Below, in pieces: positions 1 through 12,800 of a stretch of 64,000 nucleotides of DNA; position 1 is the first letter of the stretch, and each line of letters opens with the position of its first letter. This DNA is from Bacillus subtilis subsp. subtilis str. 168 (lineage in GTDB: Bacteria > Bacillota > Bacilli > Bacillales > Bacillaceae). The translations under genes were made by a program, and so were the position numbers. The notes under the pieces were generated by a model. It did not search any database, was not told the origin of the DNA, and saw nothing but the letters and a program-made list of their open reading frames with translations. The DNA is taken from contig NC_000964.3 in NCBI RefSeq assembly GCF_000009045.1, positions 434,001-498,000 on the forward strand, written 5' to 3'.

Positions 1-262
1 GGTTTCTGTTTCAACAGCGCTAGTCGGGCCGATTATGTTTTTAGGCCTTCTGGTCGTCAACCTGGCGAGAGAATTCCTGAAAACATATAAGCATTCATAC
101 TTAATCGCAGGCTCCGTTTTCATCAGCATCATTGCGCTGGTCGGAGGGCAGTTTGTGGTTGAGAAAGTGTTTACCTTCTCAACGACGCTGAGCGTCATTA
201 TTAATTTTGCCGGCGGGATTTATTTTATCTACTTGCTGTTAAAGGAGAATAAATCATGGTAG
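1..262 (+). CDS. yclO: Iron-siderophore (petrobactin) ABC transporter permease, 3' part only (truncated by window start)
   Basis: Hydrophobic FecCD-type C-terminus ending TAG 260-262, overlapping start of the ABC ATPase; ORF-track start at 35 is internal. Confidence 0.85.
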   Translation, partial: VSVSTALVGPIMFLGLLVVNLAREFLKTYKHSYLIAGSVFISIIALVGGQFVVEKVFTFSTTLSVIINFAGGIYFIYLLLKENKSW

Positions 263-1014
263 AGGTCAGAAATGTAAGCAAACAATATGGCGGGAAAGTT
301 GTTCTTGAAGAGACGTCAGTCACGATTCAAAAGGGCAAAATCACCTCGTTTATCGGTCCTAACGGCGCCGGCAAAAGTACGCTGCTGTCTATCATGAGCC
401 GCCTGATCAAAAAGGATTCCGGCGAGATTTACATAGACGGACAAGAGATTGGAGCATGTGACAGCAAAGAGCTTGCCAAGAAAATGAGCATTTTGAAGCA
501 GGCGAACCAAATCAATATCAGGCTCACGATCAAAGACCTCGTCAGTTTTGGCAGGTTTCCGTACTCACAGGGCCGGCTGACAGAGGAAGACTGGGTTCAT
601 ATCAACCAGGCGCTTAGCTATATGAAGCTGGAAGACATTCAAGACAAATACTTGGATCAGCTGAGCGGCGGACAGTGCCAAAGGGCATTTATCGCCATGG
701 TCATTGCCCAGGACACAGATTATATCTTTCTGGATGAACCGCTGAACAATCTGGATATGAAACACTCAGTTGAAATTATGAAACTGCTGAAACGGCTGGT
801 AGAGGAGCTTGGAAAAACGATCGTGATCGTCATTCACGATATCAATTTTGCTTCAGTCTATTCTGACTATATCGTCGCTTTGAAAAACGGCCGAATCGTT
901 AAAGAAGGACCGCCTGAAGAAATGATAGAAACATCAGTGCTTGAGGAAATCTACGATATGACCATCCCGATTCAGACGATTGATAATCAAAGAATAGGTG
1001 TTTATTTTTCTTAA
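256..1014 (+). CDS. yclP: Iron-siderophore ABC transporter ATP-binding protein
   Basis: Walker A GPNGAGKST, signature LSGGQ, Walker B IFLDEP; RBS AAAGGAG. Confidence 0.93.
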   Translation: MVEVRNVSKQYGGKVVLEETSVTIQKGKITSFIGPNGAGKSTLLSIMSRLIKKDSGEIYIDGQEIGACDSKELAKKMSILKQANQINIRLTIKDLVSFGRFPYSQGRLTEEDWVHINQALSYMKLEDIQDKYLDQLSGGQCQRAFIAMVIAQDTDYIFLDEPLNNLDMKHSVEIMKLLKRLVEELGKTIVIVIHDINFASVYSDYIVALKNGRIVKEGPPEEMIETSVLEEIYDMTIPIQTIDNQRIGVYFS

Positions 1015-1035
1015 TATATAGAAGAGGTGAGGAGC

Positions 1036-1989
1036 ATGAAAAAGTTCGCGTTACTATTCATCGCTTTGGTCACTGCCGTTGTCATTTCTGCATGCGGAAA
1101 CCAAAGCACAAGCAGCAAAGGTTCTGATACAAAGAAAGAACAAATCACAGTGAAACACCAGCTCGACAAAAACGGCACAAAAGTACCGAAGAACCCTAAA
1201 AAAGTTGTCGTATTTGACTTTGGAAGCTTAGATACATTAGATAAACTAGGACTTGATGATATAGTAGCGGGCCTGCCGAAACAAGTCCTTCCTAAATATC
1301 TGTCCAAATTCAAGGATGACAAATACGCTGATGTCGGCAGCTTAAAAGAGCCAGACTTCGACAAAGTGGCAGAATTAGATCCTGATCTGATCATTATTTC
1401 AGCAAGACAATCTGAGTCTTACAAAGAATTCTCTAAAATTGCGCCGACGATTTACCTTGGTGTAGATACAGCGAAGTACATGGAATCATTTAAATCAGAC
1501 GCTGAAACAATCGGTAAAATCTTTGATAAAGAAGACAAAGTGAAAGATGAGCTCGCAAACATTGATCACTCAATCGCAGATGTAAAGAAAACCGCTGAAA
1601 AGCTTAACAAAAACGGTCTCGTCATCATGGCGAACGATGGAAAAATCAGCGCGTTCGGCCCTAAATCAAGATACGGCCTGATCCATGACGTATTCGGCGT
1701 GGCTCCGGCTGATCAAAACATCAAAGCGTCTACGCACGGACAAAGTGTTTCTTACGAGTACATTTCAAAAACAAACCCTGATTACTTGTTTGTTATTGAC
1801 CGCGGTACAGCAATCGGAGAAACATCATCTACAAAACAAGTCGTGGAAAACGATTATGTGAAAAACGTAAACGCAGTGAAAAATGGTCATGTCATCTACC
1901 TTGATTCTGCTACTTGGTATTTATCAGGAGGCGGACTTGAGTCTATGACGCAAATGATTAAAGAAGTGAAAGACGGTTTAGAAAAGTAA
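1036..1989 (+). CDS. yclQ: Petrobactin/catecholate siderophore-binding lipoprotein
   Basis: Lipobox VISAC, periplasmic-binding fold motifs (VVVFDFGSLDTL, PDLIIIS); ATG after GAGGTGAGGAG. Confidence 0.92.
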   Translation: MKKFALLFIALVTAVVISACGNQSTSSKGSDTKKEQITVKHQLDKNGTKVPKNPKKVVVFDFGSLDTLDKLGLDDIVAGLPKQVLPKYLSKFKDDKYADVGSLKEPDFDKVAELDPDLIIISARQSESYKEFSKIAPTIYLGVDTAKYMESFKSDAETIGKIFDKEDKVKDELANIDHSIADVKKTAEKLNKNGLVIMANDGKISAFGPKSRYGLIHDVFGVAPADQNIKASTHGQSVSYEYISKTNPDYLFVIDRGTAIGETSSTKQVVENDYVKNVNAVKNGHVIYLDSATWYLSGGGLESMTQMIKEVKDGLEK

Positions 1990-1993
1990 AACC

Positions 1994-2030
1994 AAAAAGA
2001 GCCTCCGCTAAATAGCGGGGCTCTTTTTTT
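1994..2030. terminator. Bidirectional intrinsic terminator between yclQ and ycnB
   Basis: AAAAAGAGCCTCCGCTA-AA-TAGCGGGGCTCTTTTTTT between convergent genes. Confidence 0.88.
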
Positions 2031-2035
2031 GTTAA

Positions 2036-3454
2036 TCAGCGTGCCGGCTGCTGTTCGGCAGGGCGCTGAGGTTTCTTTAATGTGAATGAGAGAAGGAAGC
2101 CGACAAGTGCAATGACGGCAGCCACTATAAAAGCGGCGTTCATGCCGTGCAGGGCGGCGTGCTTCACATTTGTCGTGCCTGCATGTGCCGCCTGGTTGCT
2201 CATCACGGAAACCAATAGTGCGGTTCCGATCGAGCCGCCGACTTGGCGAATCGTGTTGTTCATCGCAGTTCCGTGCGGAATCAAGTGGCGCGGCAGCGCA
2301 TTGATTCCGGCTGTTGTCACCGGCATCATGATCATGGCGGTGCCTAAGAGACGAACGGTGTATAAAACGACAATCCAAGCGAGTGACGTATGGTCAGTCA
2401 GCTGCATAAACGGCAGAGATGTCAGGAAGATGATGCAGAAACCGGCAATCGCCAGCCCTCTTCCGCCGACACGGTCAAAAATTCTGCCGATAATCGGCGA
2501 CATAAAGCCCATCACAACGGCTCCCGGCAGGAGCATAAGCCCTGTATCAAAAGCTGTGACGTCTCTGACATTTTGTGTATAAAGCGGCAGGATGGTTTCC
2601 GTACCGATCAATAATGCAAAGACGAGGGTTCCCAGCAGTGTTGTTAAGCTGAAAACGCCAAACGTGAAGACGCGGAATTCCAGCATCGGTTTTTTAAGCT
2701 TCATTTGTCTTGTGATAAACAAGAGCAGCGCGATGACACCCACCAGCAGTGAAATCAAGACGGTTGAACTGGACCAGCCATAAGAGCCGACGCTTGAGAA
2801 GCCGTACAGAAGGCCGCCGAACCCAAATGTTGAAAGGATGACTGATAAAATATCAATCTGTGTTTTTCTTAAAGTCGTCACGTTTTTCATCAGGATGCTG
2901 GCAAGAATCAAATCAATCACAGCAAACGGAAGAATAATATAAAACAATGATCTCCAAGAGAAAGCTTCGACAGCCCATCCGGAAAGAGTCGGTCCGATCG
3001 CAGGCGCGAATGAGATGACCAATCCGACCATACCCATAGCCTGGCCGCGCTTTTCAATCGGAAAGATTGTCAGGAATACAGTCTGCATGAGCGGCATCAT
3101 AATGCCGGCTCCAGCCGCTTGAATGATACGCGCTGTCAGCAGAACCGGGAAGTTCGGCGCGAACGCTCCGACGACTGTTCCGGCAGTGAAAATGCTCATT
3201 GCTGTGATGAGCAGCGCCCGGCTTGTGAATTTCTCAATTAAAAACGCGGTAATCGGAATTAAAATCCCGTTGGTTAACATAAATGATGTTGTCAGCCATT
3301 GTGCTTGGTTGGCATCGACATTGAAATCCCTCATGATATGGGGAAGTGCAGTAATCAACAATGTCTGGTTCAAAATCGCCACAAACGCTCCGGCTAACAA
3401 AATGCCGACAATGACAGAACGGTTAAAAGGTTTTTGTTCAATACTTGTGTTCAA
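2036..3454 (-). CDS. ycnB: MFS DHA2 (EmrB/QacA/LmrB-like) drug efflux transporter
   Basis: 472 aa, ~14 hydrophobic segments, motifs LNQTLLITALP, ARIIQAAGAG, APAIGPTLSG. Confidence 0.9.
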   Translation of the reverse strand: MNTSIEQKPFNRSVIVGILLAGAFVAILNQTLLITALPHIMRDFNVDANQAQWLTTSFMLTNGILIPITAFLIEKFTSRALLITAMSIFTAGTVVGAFAPNFPVLLTARIIQAAGAGIMMPLMQTVFLTIFPIEKRGQAMGMVGLVISFAPAIGPTLSGWAVEAFSWRSLFYIILPFAVIDLILASILMKNVTTLRKTQIDILSVILSTFGFGGLLYGFSSVGSYGWSSSTVLISLLVGVIALLLFITRQMKLKKPMLEFRVFTFGVFSLTTLLGTLVFALLIGTETILPLYTQNVRDVTAFDTGLMLLPGAVVMGFMSPIIGRIFDRVGGRGLAIAGFCIIFLTSLPFMQLTDHTSLAWIVVLYTVRLLGTAMIMMPVTTAGINALPRHLIPHGTAMNNTIRQVGGSIGTALLVSVMSNQAAHAGTTNVKHAALHGMNAAFIVAAVIALVGFLLSFTLKKPQRPAEQQPAR

Positions 3455-3473
3455 TACATATCCCTTCTTTTCT

Positions 3474-4352
3474 CTAAGTAATTAACAGTGTTTTTAACAT
3501 GGAAACGGGCTGTGTTAAAACACCGGTTTGTTCCAGATAGCCAATCAGTGATTTGAGTAAAAAAGCGCGGGGTTCTTCCTTCTTCGCTTCTTCCTCCAGC
3601 ATAGCGGCTGCGGATGTCAGTTCATCTACGTCATAGTCCGCGGCGGACAGGGAAGAGATGCCTTTATGTAATTCCTTCAGGCTTTCCGATAATAGGACTG
3701 ATTTATCCTTTGGCTTGTAGGAGGATGCTGAATGAATATAAAGCTCGATGGCTTCGGGCGGAAGAAGAGACTGGCGGGTTTCCCTGTTTTTGATAATCTG
3801 ATTGAGGGTGCTGATGATAAACTCTGCGATCGGGTCAAGCTCAAGCGGTTTTTCCTCGATTTTGATCAGCATTAAAAACTCACGCATCATGCCGTGAAGA
3901 ATGATAACCAAATCCCACACAAACGGGAGAATGGTTTCTCCATACGCCTGGATCAGCGAATCGCGGTGCCAGCAGATAATCGTCGATCTGGTCTGATGGA
4001 TATGCTGTTTGACCCGGTCATTGTGCAGCTTGGGGTTTCCGTAGGTCAGCATATTGAAAAACTGCTGATTCCGCCTGAAGCCCTCCAGTTCCATTTTGAC
4101 CTTTTGCGTCAAACGCTCCTCCGGTGTAAGTGCTGTATTTTCCTGAAGTCTTGAGGCCGCGGCCACCATTTGCTTCTGGTTAAATGACAGCAGCTCCAAA
4201 AGCAGATCTTCTTTAGATTGGAACAGCTTATATATCGAAGCTTTTGACATCTTACATTCTTCTGCGATCGCCTGCATGGAAACCGACGTAAAATCCTTTT
4301 CCGAAAAAAGCTTTCGCGCGGCTAACAAGATATCTGTTTTTTTATCAAGCAT
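3474..4352 (-). CDS. ycnC: TetR-family transcriptional regulator
   Basis: N-terminal TetR HTH ([44 protein letters not shown]); start trimmed to ATG 4352 after AAGGAAG, 292 aa. Confidence 0.88.
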
Positions 4353-4388
4353 CTCATGGCTTCCTTCTTTCTTGAACATTAGAAAACC

Positions 4389-4411
4389 CATTGGTTCACA
4401 GAAAACCAATG
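4389..4411. promoter_or_regulatory. Inverted repeat, candidate YcnC operator
   Basis: CATTGGTT-N7-AACCAATG just downstream of the ycnC promoter. Confidence 0.45.
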
Positions 4412-4426
4412 AGTAACAATGAAAAA

Positions 4427-4456
4427 ATTTTACCAGATAAACAAAATAGAAGTCAA
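4427..4456 (-). promoter_or_regulatory. SigA promoter of ycnC-ycnB
   Basis: Minus strand TTGACT-N18-TAAAAT with extended -10 TG. Confidence 0.65.
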
Positions 4457-4473
4457 TGGATTTTAACCGGGTA

Positions 4474-4505
4474 AATGAAAGGCCTGCCGGAAAATCCGAC
4501 AGGCC
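4474..4505 (-). terminator. Intrinsic terminator after nfrA2
   Basis: GGCCTG-C-CGGA/TCCG-A-CAGGCC stem followed by TTTCATTT on minus strand. Confidence 0.65.
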
Positions 4506-4515
4506 GAATAAGAGC

Positions 4516-5265
4516 TTATTTTTCAACTTTAAATCCTTGTTTTTCAAGCATTTCACGGATGTGCGGATAGTACAGGCGCTCATAGTAGGAAGCGATGCTC
4601 TGTGACCAGTTTCTTGTTTCTTTTCCGTTTGTCCGTTTATTCATGTATTCAGACATCTGTTCGTCGTATGCCTGAATGTGAGACGTCAGCTCATCCTGAT
4701 TCAAATAAGTTTCCTGATGATTGACAGCTTCCTGCGGCAAGCGCGGTTTTTTCGCTGAACGGTCGGCAGGATGCCCAATGACAAGGCCGGATAAAGGGAA
4801 CACGTATTTCGGAAGCTCAAGCAGTTCGATCAGCTCTTGAGGGTTTCCGCGAACTGCACCGATCGGAACTGTGCCAAGTCCGAGTGACTCAGCCGCTGCT
4901 GTTGCTGTGCCGAGGGCAATACCAGCGTCTACTGCGCCGACAAGAACAGATTCCAATCCATTTGTGATTTCCATTTTGAAATCATGCAGATCTTCAAGCG
5001 CAATTTTGGCCCGGTTAAAATCTGCGCAGAACAGCAGGAAAACAGGAGCTTGATCGATCCATGGCTGGCCGCCTGCCAGCTCGGAGATTTTCTTTTTGCG
5101 CTCTTTATCCTGGACTGTGATCACAGTCACTTGCTGTCCGTTGATAGAAGAAGGGGCTGATTGCACCGCTTCAATGATTTGGTCCAATTGCTCCTGAGCT
5201 ACAGGCTCATCTGTGTAGCTGCGAATCGAGCGGTGGTCTGTTAAAGATTTAATCACTTCATTCAT
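4516..5265 (-). CDS. nfrA2: FMN-dependent NAD(P)H oxidoreductase (NfsA-like nitroreductase)
   Basis: [29 protein letters not shown] motifs; start trimmed to ATG 5265 (249 aa); synonym ycnD. Confidence 0.9.
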
Positions 5266-5281
5266 ATGAGACACCCTTCCT

Positions 5282-5569
5282 TTACTCGCTAAGCTCTGTG
5301 CGGACAACATCAAGAGGAGCGCTCAGCAGTTCTTTTCCTTTTGCGACAAACCCTTGGAAATGCGCAGTTTCGTTATGGAATTTCATTGCCGCTTCATCTT
5401 TCCATTTTTCAAGCATGACAAATGTATTTTCTTCGCCTACTTTTTCGAATAGGTCGTATTGCGCGTTGCCTTCCTCAGCTCTTGAATGCTGAACAAGTGA
5501 TTGAGCCTCGCTCAAAAATTCCTCGCGTTTTTCTGGTTTTACTTTGATGTAAGCTTGTAATACGATCAT
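5282..5569 (-). CDS. ycnE: Putative quinol monooxygenase, ABM-domain protein
   Basis: 95 aa, SRAEEGNAQYDLF / EKWKDEAAMKFHNETAHF typical of ABM family; RBS GGAG. Confidence 0.85.
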   Translation of the reverse strand: MIVLQAYIKVKPEKREEFLSEAQSLVQHSRAEEGNAQYDLFEKVGEENTFVMLEKWKDEAAMKFHNETAHFQGFVAKGKELLSAPLDVVRTELSE

Positions 5570-5601
5570 GTAAATCTCCTCCGTCGTTATGCGAATTTAT
5601 T

Positions 5602-5619
5602 GTTCGAATTTCATCGAAC
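5602..5619. promoter_or_regulatory. Inverted repeat, candidate YczG (ArsR) operator
   Basis: GTTCGA-N6-TCGAAC between divergent ycnE and yczG. Confidence 0.45.
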
Positions 5620-5708
5620 TAAATGTAACATGTATTCTAAATGAGGTAAAGGAAAAACCCTTATATAGTAAAATTGTCATTCTAATTGTTGTATGATACA
5701 TTTGTGTC

Positions 5709-6023
5709 ATGAACATTCCAAACCATCCAGAAACAGAAACATTGCAGCTGACAAAGGTTCTTCATGCACTTAGTGATCCGCTTCGTTTAGAGCTCGTCAA
5801 GCAATTAGCTGAAGCAAAAGAAAAAACGTGCAGCACCTGTGCAGATGTGCAGGTTGCCAAATCGACTTTGTCGCATCATTTTAAAGTTTTGAGAGAATCA
5901 GGCATCGCTCAAGTTCGGATAGAAGGAAAGCGCCGGTATTATTCGCTTCGCGCTGAAGACCTTGAAAAGGCATTTCCGGGACTGCTTGAAGCCGTGCTGA
6001 ATGTAGACCAGGACCGCTGGTGA
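5709..6023 (+). CDS. yczG: ArsR/SmtB-family transcriptional regulator
   Basis: [29 protein letters not shown] winged HTH. Confidence 0.88.
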
Positions 6024-6024
6024 A

Positions 6025-7524
<1,500 letters not shown>

Positions 7525-7570
7525 AAGAGAAGTCAGAATGATAAGAAAATACCGACAGGGGGATATTCAC

Positions 7571-8881
7571 ATGAGTCAAACAACAGCAAGCATCACAACT
7601 GCACAATGGCAGCAAAAACGGGATCAATTTGTGTCAAAAGGTGTGAGCAACGGCAACCGCAGTCTGGCGGTCAAAGGAGAAGGGGCCGAGCTGTACGATC
7701 TGGATGGCCGGAGATTTATTGATTTTGCAGGCGCCATCGGCACGTTAAATGTCGGACACTCGCATCCGAAGGTGGTTGAGGCTGTGAAGCGGCAGGCGGA
7801 GGAGCTGATTCATCCTGGTTTTAATGTCATGATGTACCCGACTTATATCGAATTAGCAGAAAAACTGTGCGGCATCGCGCCGGGCAGCCATGAGAAAAAA
7901 GCGATTTTTCTTAACTCAGGGGCAGAAGCGGTCGAAAACGCTGTGAAAATCGCCAGAAAGTATACAAAGCGCCAAGGCGTTGTCTCGTTTACACGCGGGT
8001 TTCACGGGCGCACGAATATGACGATGAGCATGACAAGCAAGGTAAAACCTTATAAATTCGGTTTCGGGCCTTTTGCGCCAGAGGTTTATCAAGCGCCGTT
8101 CCCTTATTATTATCAGAAGCCGGCCGGCATGAGTGATGAAAGCTATGACGATATGGTCATTCAAGCATTCAATGATTTCTTTATCGCTTCAGTGGCGCCT
8201 GAAACGGTGGCGTGTGTCGTGATGGAGCCAGTGCAGGGAGAAGGCGGATTTATTATTCCTTCGAAACGGTTCGTACAGCACGTCGCTTCATTCTGCAAAG
8301 AACACGGCATTGTTTTTGTTGCTGATGAAATCCAAACCGGCTTTGCCAGAACTGGCACTTATTTCGCAATTGAGCACTTTGATGTAGTGCCCGATCTGAT
8401 CACGGTTTCTAAATCGCTTGCGGCAGGCCTGCCATTAAGCGGTGTGATCGGGCGTGCGGAAATGCTTGATGCGGCAGCGCCAGGGGAGCTGGGCGGCACG
8501 TATGCCGGCAGCCCGCTCGGCTGCGCGGCGGCTTTGGCAGTCTTGGATATTATCGAAGAAGAAGGACTGAATGAGCGATCTGAAGAAATTGGCAAAATCA
8601 TTGAAGACAAGGCGTATGAGTGGAAACAAGAATTCCCGTTCATCGGTGACATCCGCAGACTCGGGGCGATGGCCGCAATCGAAATCGTCAAGGATCCTGA
8701 CACGCGTGAGCCTGATAAGACAAAAGCAGCAGCGATCGCGGCCTATGCGAATCAAAACGGATTACTTTTGCTGACAGCGGGAATTAACGGTAATATCATC
8801 CGCTTTTTGACACCGCTCGTCATCTCAGACAGCCTATTAAATGAAGGGCTCAGCATCTTGGAGGCGGGCCTGCGAGCTTAA
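7571..8881 (+). CDS. gabT: 4-aminobutyrate aminotransferase
   Basis: Class III aminotransferase motifs ([39 protein letters not shown]); start trimmed to ATG 7571 (436 aa). Confidence 0.95.
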
Positions 8882-8949
8882 TCATTGGAAAGAAAATGGC
8901 CGGGTCTGCTATCATTTTAAGTAATCATGAAAAGAAAGGAATGTTCAAT

Positions 8950-10338
8950 ATGCCAGATCAATTAACGGTCTACAACCCGGCTACGGGCGAGGAGATCAAA
9001 ACGATTCCTCAGCAATCAGCCACAGAGGTAGAAGAAGCCATTGAACGTTCACATCAAGCGTTTAAAACGTGGTCTAAAACATCAGCGAACGAAAGAACGT
9101 CTCTTTTGAAAAAATGGTATGAGCTGATTGTTGAACATAAAGAAGAGCTTGCAGATTTAATTACAAAGGAAAACGGAAAACCATACCAGGAAGCAGTCGG
9201 CGAGGTACTTTACGGCGCAGGCTATATCGAATGGTTCGCAGAGGAAGCGAAGCGTGTGTACGGAAGAACGGTCCCGGCCCCGACAACTGGTAAACGAATT
9301 GTTGTCACACGCCAGCCGGTCGGCCCCGTTGCTGCTATCACGCCCTGGAATTTCCCGAATGCGATGATTACACGCAAAGCGGCGCCTGCTCTTGCCGCCG
9401 GCTGTACATTTATCATCAAGCCGGCGCCGGACACACCGCTGTCTGCTTATGAACTAGCGCGCCTCGCATATGAAGCGGGCATTCCGAAGGATGTTCTTCA
9501 GGTTGTGATCGGCGATGGAGAAGAAATCGGAAATGTGTTCACAAGCAGTCCGAAAATCCGCAAAATCACGTTCACAGGCTCAACACCTGTAGGGAAAATC
9601 CTTATGAAAAACAGCGCTGACACCGTAAAGCACGTCTCAATGGAGCTCGGCGGACACGCCCCGCTGATCGTAGATGAAGATGCGGACATTGACCTTGCCG
9701 TTGAACAGGCGATGGCGTCCAAATACCGAAACGCCGGCCAAACCTGCGTATGTGCCAACCGCCTGATCGTTCATGAATCCATTAAAGATGAATTTGCTGC
9801 GAAACTGAGCGAGCAAGTGTCTAAGCTGAAAGTCGGAAATGGACTTGAGGAAGGCGTCAATGTCGGCCCGATTATCAACAAACGAGGCTTCGAAAAAATC
9901 GTCAGCCAAATAGATGATGCGGTTGAAAAAGGCGCGAAAGTGATTGCTGGGGGCACATATGACCGAAACGATGACAAAGGGTGCTACTTTGTGAATCCGA
10001 CAGTGCTCACCGATGTCGATACGTCCATGAACATCATGCATGAGGAAACATTCGGCCCGGTCGCCCCGATCGTCACGTTTTCTGATATTGATGAAGCGAT
10101 TCAGCTTGCCAACGATACACCGTATGGCTTGGCTGCTTACTTCTTCACAGAAAACTACCGCCGCGGCATCTATATTTCCGAGAATCTAGAGTATGGCATT
10201 ATCGGCTGGAATGACGGCGGACCGTCAGCGGTTCAAGCGCCATTCGGCGGAATGAAAGAAAGCGGCATCGGCCGTGAAGGCGGTTCAGAAGGTATCGAGC
10301 CGTACCTTGAAACAAAATATTTGTCCATCGGTTTATAA
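8950..10338 (+). CDS. gabD: Succinate-semialdehyde dehydrogenase (NADP+)
   Basis: [33 protein letters not shown]; start trimmed to ATG 8950 (462 aa). Confidence 0.95.
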
Positions 10339-10354
10339 AAGAATGCACGCTCCT

Positions 10355-10386
10355 GAGAGCTGCCGGATTTTCCGGCAGCTCTTTTT
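10355..10386 (+). terminator. Intrinsic terminator of gabTD
   Basis: GAGAGCTGCCGGA-TTT-TCCGGCAGCTCTTTTT. Confidence 0.9.
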
Positions 10387-10396
10387 GTGTTCCGGC

Positions 10397-10425
10397 GAAT
10401 AATCACAACAATTCCAGCCAAAATA
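10397..10425 (+). promoter_or_regulatory. SigG-type promoter of glcU-gdh
   Basis: GAATA-N17-CAAAATA fits SigG consensus; operon is established as forespore-expressed. Confidence 0.65.
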
Positions 10426-10460
10426 ACAGCAAATACATTTTGAAAGAAGGTTCCCCAACA

Positions 10461-12129
<1,669 letters not shown>

Positions 12130-12132
12130 ACA

Positions 12133-12173
12133 TAAAAAGCGACCCAGACATGACATCTGGATCGCTTTCTTTA
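12133..12173. terminator. Terminator between convergent gdh and ycnI
   Basis: AAAGCGACCCAGA-CATGACA-TCTGGATCGCTTT with flanking A/T runs. Confidence 0.75.
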
Positions 12174-12788
12174 TTAGGCACGCTTTTTCTTTACAAGTGC
12201 TGCTACAGATAAAATAATGGCAGCCGCAGACAGCACCATCGCTGTAATGTCTAGAGCTGAAGAACCTGAGTTTTCGGAATCGTCTTCTGTTTTCGTGGCG
12301 CCGTGCTCATCTGTCACTTGCTTTGCAGACGTGATGTTTGTAATGGAATGAGGTGTATCGGCATCCTCGTCACCTGTCCACTCAACAATGCTGCCGTCTT
12401 TGTAATATTGGTATGCGTCCCAAGCAGCTTCCTCCGCTTTGTCAGGGTTTTTGGCAACAAAGGTAAACTGCTGGAACTGGCCTTCCTGAATGCCTCCGTC
12501 AGTCGCCTCCCATGTCACGGATACTGATTTGTCATCATGTTTTTGAGTGGAAACCTTCCAGCCCGGAATTGGCTCATATTGCTGGAATTCAACATCCTTC
12601 GGCATTTTGAGGACAACCTTCGTTGTCGGCAGATTTTTCTCAGAAGGAACCTTCATTGTATACGTTTCCCAAGAGCCTGCAGCAGACTCAGCCGGTTTTA
12701 CAGAAACATGCGCGCTGGCAGGGGCCGTAAAGAATAAGAGGGAGCCGACAATAGCCGGACATAGTGTCAATGCGATTTTTTTCAACAA
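12174..12788 (-). CDS. ycnI: Copper-binding membrane-anchored protein (DUF1775)
   Basis: Signal peptide followed by ASA-HVSV (N-terminal His Cu site), C-terminal TM anchor; TTG start 8 nt after AAGGAG. Confidence 0.9.
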   Translation of the reverse strand: MLKKIALTLCPAIVGSLLFFTAPASAHVSVKPAESAAGSWETYTMKVPSEKNLPTTKVVLKMPKDVEFQQYEPIPGWKVSTQKHDDKSVSVTWEATDGGIQEGQFQQFTFVAKNPDKAEEAAWDAYQYYKDGSIVEWTGDEDADTPHSITNITSAKQVTDEHGATKTEDDSENSGSSALDITAMVLSAAAIILSVAALVKKKRA

Positions 12789-12800
12789 CGTAAACACTCC

